Assembly (NCBI GenBank): GCA_035281845.1
Contig: DATEVL010000155.1
Span: 739-64,738, forward strand
DNA length: 64,000 nt
Direction: 5' to 3'
Source: Anaerolineales bacterium
GTDB lineage: Bacteria > Chloroflexota > Anaerolineae > Anaerolineales > E44-bin32
This document shows positions 61,755 to 64,000 of this stretch, piece by piece. Positions within the stretch are counted from its first letter, which is position 1, and each line of letters begins with the position of its first letter. The translations under genes and the position numbers were made by a program. The notes under the pieces are model-generated. The model was not told the DNA's origin. It did no database searches and was given only the letters and a program-made list of their open reading frames with translations.

Positions 61755-62399
61755 CTACGAGGCGGCCGCCTCCAGCAGGATCACCTGGGTTTCCTCGGCC
61801 AGCCCGGACTTGGAGACCTTCAGCGTGCGCAGCGGGTCGATGGCGCCGATCCCCATCTCGGAAAGGAAGCGCGCCGCAGGCCCGAGCTTCAATGATTCCT
61901 TGCCGGTCTTATAGTGCATCGGCACGACGATCTTCGGTTCGATCAGGCTGATGACCTCTGCCGCCTGGGACGGGTTGAGCGCCCCGCCCCCCCCCACCGG
62001 CACCAGGGCGACGTCGACCGTGCCCAGATCCTCGATCTGCGGTTGCGTGGGGACATAGGCCAAGTCGCCGAGGTGCGCCACGGTCAGACCGTCGAACTCG
62101 AAAACATACAGGGTGTTGGGCAGACCGCCGTTGTCCTTGCCCGCGGGGGCGTTCATGGCGATCCCGGTAATGAACACCCCCCCGATCTCGTATTCGCCTG
62201 GACCCTGAATGACGCGCCGCTCGCCTTTGACCGCCGCCAGGTTGTTGTGTCCGGGCGCGTCATGGCTGATGGTGATGACGTCGGCACGCAGCTTCGGCGC
62301 CGGCAGACCGACACTGGCGTCGAATGGGTCGGTGACGACCGTCGCCAGGCCGCGTTCGACCATGCGGAAACAGGACATGCCGTACCAGGTGAGTTCCAC
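61755..62399 (-). CDS. metallo-beta-lactamase-fold hydrolase (UPF0173-like)
   Basis: MELTWYGMSCFRM...VVTDPF...ITISHDAPGHNN...HLGDL...VPMHY. Matches the short MBL-fold family layout. Confidence 0.75.
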   Translation of the reverse strand: MELTWYGMSCFRMVERGLATVVTDPFDASVGLPAPKLRADVITISHDAPGHNNLAAVKGERRVIQGPGEYEIGGVFITGIAMNAPAGKDNGGLPNTLYVFEFDGLTVAHLGDLAYVPTQPQIEDLGTVDVALVPVGGGGALNPSQAAEVISLIEPKIVVPMHYKTGKESLKLGPAARFLSEMGIGAIDPLRTLKVSKSGLAEETQVILLEAAAS

Positions 62400-62458
62400 G
62401 CTCGTCTCCCCGAAGCGTCGGGATTATACAATGGCCCTCGGCCCGGCTCGCCTAGAGA

Positions 62459-63319
62459 ATGGAAACCGGGTTTCTTCCAAAAACCCGGTTTCCGATCAAG
62501 CGAGCGCCATCGGCCCTACAATTCTGCTGTCGGGCGGGAAAGCCTGTGTTAACGAGGTTCACAGCTGGGAATGGGCGTGTCGAAGCGACGGCGGAAGGGT
62601 GGCGCCTTCACCTGCCGTCATCTTCCGGTTACAGCGATGCCCAGCTCGACGACACGCAGGGGCGGGTACGGCATCGTTTGCTGCATCGGCCTCCGCTGCA
62701 GCTCAGCTTGGAGGCGCGCGCCTCGGGCGCGACTCCTCTTGGCACCCTGGGCTTCGGATTCTGGAACGATCCCTTTCCCTCTATCGGCGGGCAGGCCGGC
62801 GCGCGGCGGGTACTGCCGGCCTTGCCGCAAGCCCTGTGGTTCTTTCACAGCTCTCCTCCCTCCGACCTGCCTTTTTCTCCGGCGGGAGAGGGAACGGGCT
62901 GGCGCGCAGCTAGTTTGCGAAGCCCTGCCTGGCCGGGAGCCGTCGTGGCCGTGCTTGGAGCGGCCGCCGTCGCGGGAATGGTGCTGCGACCGCTACGGCG
63001 GACGCTGATCCAGCTAGGTTGGCGAATCGTAGAAGGCGCCCAGTCTGCGCCGATCGCAGGCCAGGACGCGTGGCAGCGCTACGAGATCGATTGGTCGAAG
63101 GAAGAGGCACGCTTCATGGTCGACGGTCGCACGGTGTTGGCAGCGAAGAACCCATCGAACGGGCCTCTCGGCCTGGTCCTTTGGATCGACAATCAATGGG
63201 CGGCCTTCTCGGTGGCAAGGGGGCTTCAATTCGGAATCGTCCCTAACGCCCCGGAGGCCTCGCTCGAGATCCGCGGTCTTCGACTCAGCGGGAAATCGAT
63301 CGAGATCGCCAAGCGGTAA
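62459..63319 (+). CDS. hypothetical protein (possible concanavalin-like/glucanase fold)
   Basis: Long ORF divergent from the MBL gene. C-terminal WQRYEIDWSKEEARFMVDGRTVLA...LVLWIDNQW resembles the GH16/lectin beta-sandwich pattern. The start is uncertain. Confidence 0.45.
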   Translation: METGFLPKTRFPIKRAPSALQFCCRAGKPVLTRFTAGNGRVEATAEGWRLHLPSSSGYSDAQLDDTQGRVRHRLLHRPPLQLSLEARASGATPLGTLGFGFWNDPFPSIGGQAGARRVLPALPQALWFFHSSPPSDLPFSPAGEGTGWRAASLRSPAWPGAVVAVLGAAAVAGMVLRPLRRTLIQLGWRIVEGAQSAPIAGQDAWQRYEIDWSKEEARFMVDGRTVLAAKNPSNGPLGLVLWIDNQWAAFSVARGLQFGIVPNAPEASLEIRGLRLSGKSIEIAKR

Positions 63320-63351
63320 GGAACGGCACCCTGGCGCCGCCCGCCCACCGC

Positions 63352-63434
63352 CTCGCCCTCTACGCCCCTTCGCCCTCTACGCCCTTCGGCGCACCGGAAG
63401 CGGTGCAGGGCGCCAAGGGCGGTGTGGCGAGGGC
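63352..63434. repeat. module A/A' copy
   Basis: CTCGCCCTCTACGCCCCTTCGCCCTCTACGCCCTTCGGCGCACCGGAAGCGGTGCAGGGCGCCAAGGGCGGTG is the reverse complement of the word at 28655-28715 and 38971-39020. Confidence 0.85.
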
Positions 63435-63534
63435 GTCAAGGGCGCTCTCCCCCGACAGAGCTCCTTCGGTCGCGAGGCGTTCCCGACCTGCCTTGACCAG
63501 GCTCTCGCGGTCCCTTATCCTCAAACCGCTGACG

Positions 63535-64000
63535 ATGGACATTCTCCTTTTCGATCTCGACGGAGTCCTGTTGAACTCGGCTGGCTACCATCGGTCGCTG
63601 GTGGAGACGGTCCGTCAGGTTTCGCGGGCGCTCGGATTCGGCGACCGCGGCCTGGCAGCGGACGAGATTGAAGCTTTCGAGGTGCGCGATATTACCGCTG
63701 AGTGGGATTCGTCGGCCATCGTGACCGCCCTCCTGCTCGTCGAGGCGTGGCGAACCGATCCGGAGAGAGATCTCCCGCGCCGCCCGCCGCTCCAGGCCTT
63801 GCCGATGCAGCACGCGTTTCCGGATGTTCGCGCGTTCCTCACTGAATCCGACCGTGTCGCCGACTCCGACCCCGTGCGGCGCGCCAGGTCCGCGCTCATG
63901 CAGCGCCTCGACGGAGCCCCGCCAAGCCAGGTTGCTGCACTTCTGTCGACCCTGGAGGCGAGTCGCTCGTTGAACGAGTCGTTGACCTTCTGGCTCTTGC
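63535..64000 (+). CDS. HAD-superfamily hydrolase, 3' end outside window
   Basis: Absent from the ORF track because no stop is reached. Hand translation MDILLFDLDGVLLNSAGYHRSLVE... (HAD motif I DxDGVL) is open to base 64000. No obvious SD. Confidence 0.6.
   Translation, partial: MDILLFDLDGVLLNSAGYHRSLVETVRQVSRALGFGDRGLAADEIEAFEVRDITAEWDSSAIVTALLLVEAWRTDPERDLPRRPPLQALPMQHAFPDVRAFLTESDRVADSDPVRRARSALMQRLDGAPPSQVAALLSTLEASRSLNESLTFWLL

Overview
High-GC (roughly 65%) bacterial chromosomal window. Gene content and repeat style are reminiscent of Chloroflexota, but that is inference only; no search was run. The coding content is almost entirely core housekeeping. It holds a 5'-truncated NADP-malic enzyme, three secreted or lipoprotein genes with PD40 beta-propeller motifs, and tRNA-Arg(CCG). 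It also holds a GH57-like/glgA/malQ glycogen operon, pepF, an acyl-CoA dehydrogenase-etfB-etfA operon, yqeY, and a pgpH-like/ybeY/dgkA operon. Further genes are a multi-GAF histidine kinase, an alpha/beta-hydrolase::acyl-CoA synthetase fusion, an nfo-like/udg base-excision pair, and nrdR-nrdJ next to a deoxynucleoside kinase. An 18-kb minus-strand dcw cluster runs mraZ-rsmH-ftsL-ftsI-murF-mraY-(99 aa)-murD-ftsW-murG-cvpA-like-murC-(57 aa)-murB-ddl-ftsQ-ftsA-ftsZ. RNase P RNA and a few small conserved-looking genes complete the set. I saw no transposase, integrase, phage, cas, toxin-antitoxin or restriction genes, and I could not support a novel protein-coding system. The unusual signal is non-coding: nearly every intergenic gap over about 100 nt is filled by GC-rich palindromic repeat modules from a handful of families. 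These include hairpins built of tandem heptanucleotides, inverted-repeat-bounded units with other modules nested inside, tandem structured repeats (one pair inside the dcw operon), and a 1.1-kb gene-free mosaic between ftsZ and nrdR. Other items worth a second look are two small ORFs embedded in the dcw operon (one below the 60-aa ORF-track cutoff), a four-box putative MraZ operator with exact 10-bp phasing, absence of murE from the cluster, pervasive 4-nt start/stop overlaps, and repeat modules inside the 5' ends of dgkA, ftsW and ftsI. Many long ORFs in the supplied track are antisense or alternate-frame artefacts of the high GC content. Several listed ORF starts were trimmed to internal starts supported by Shine-Dalgarno sequences, N-terminal family motifs or stop/start overlaps. 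All product names come from motif recognition by eye, not database hits.
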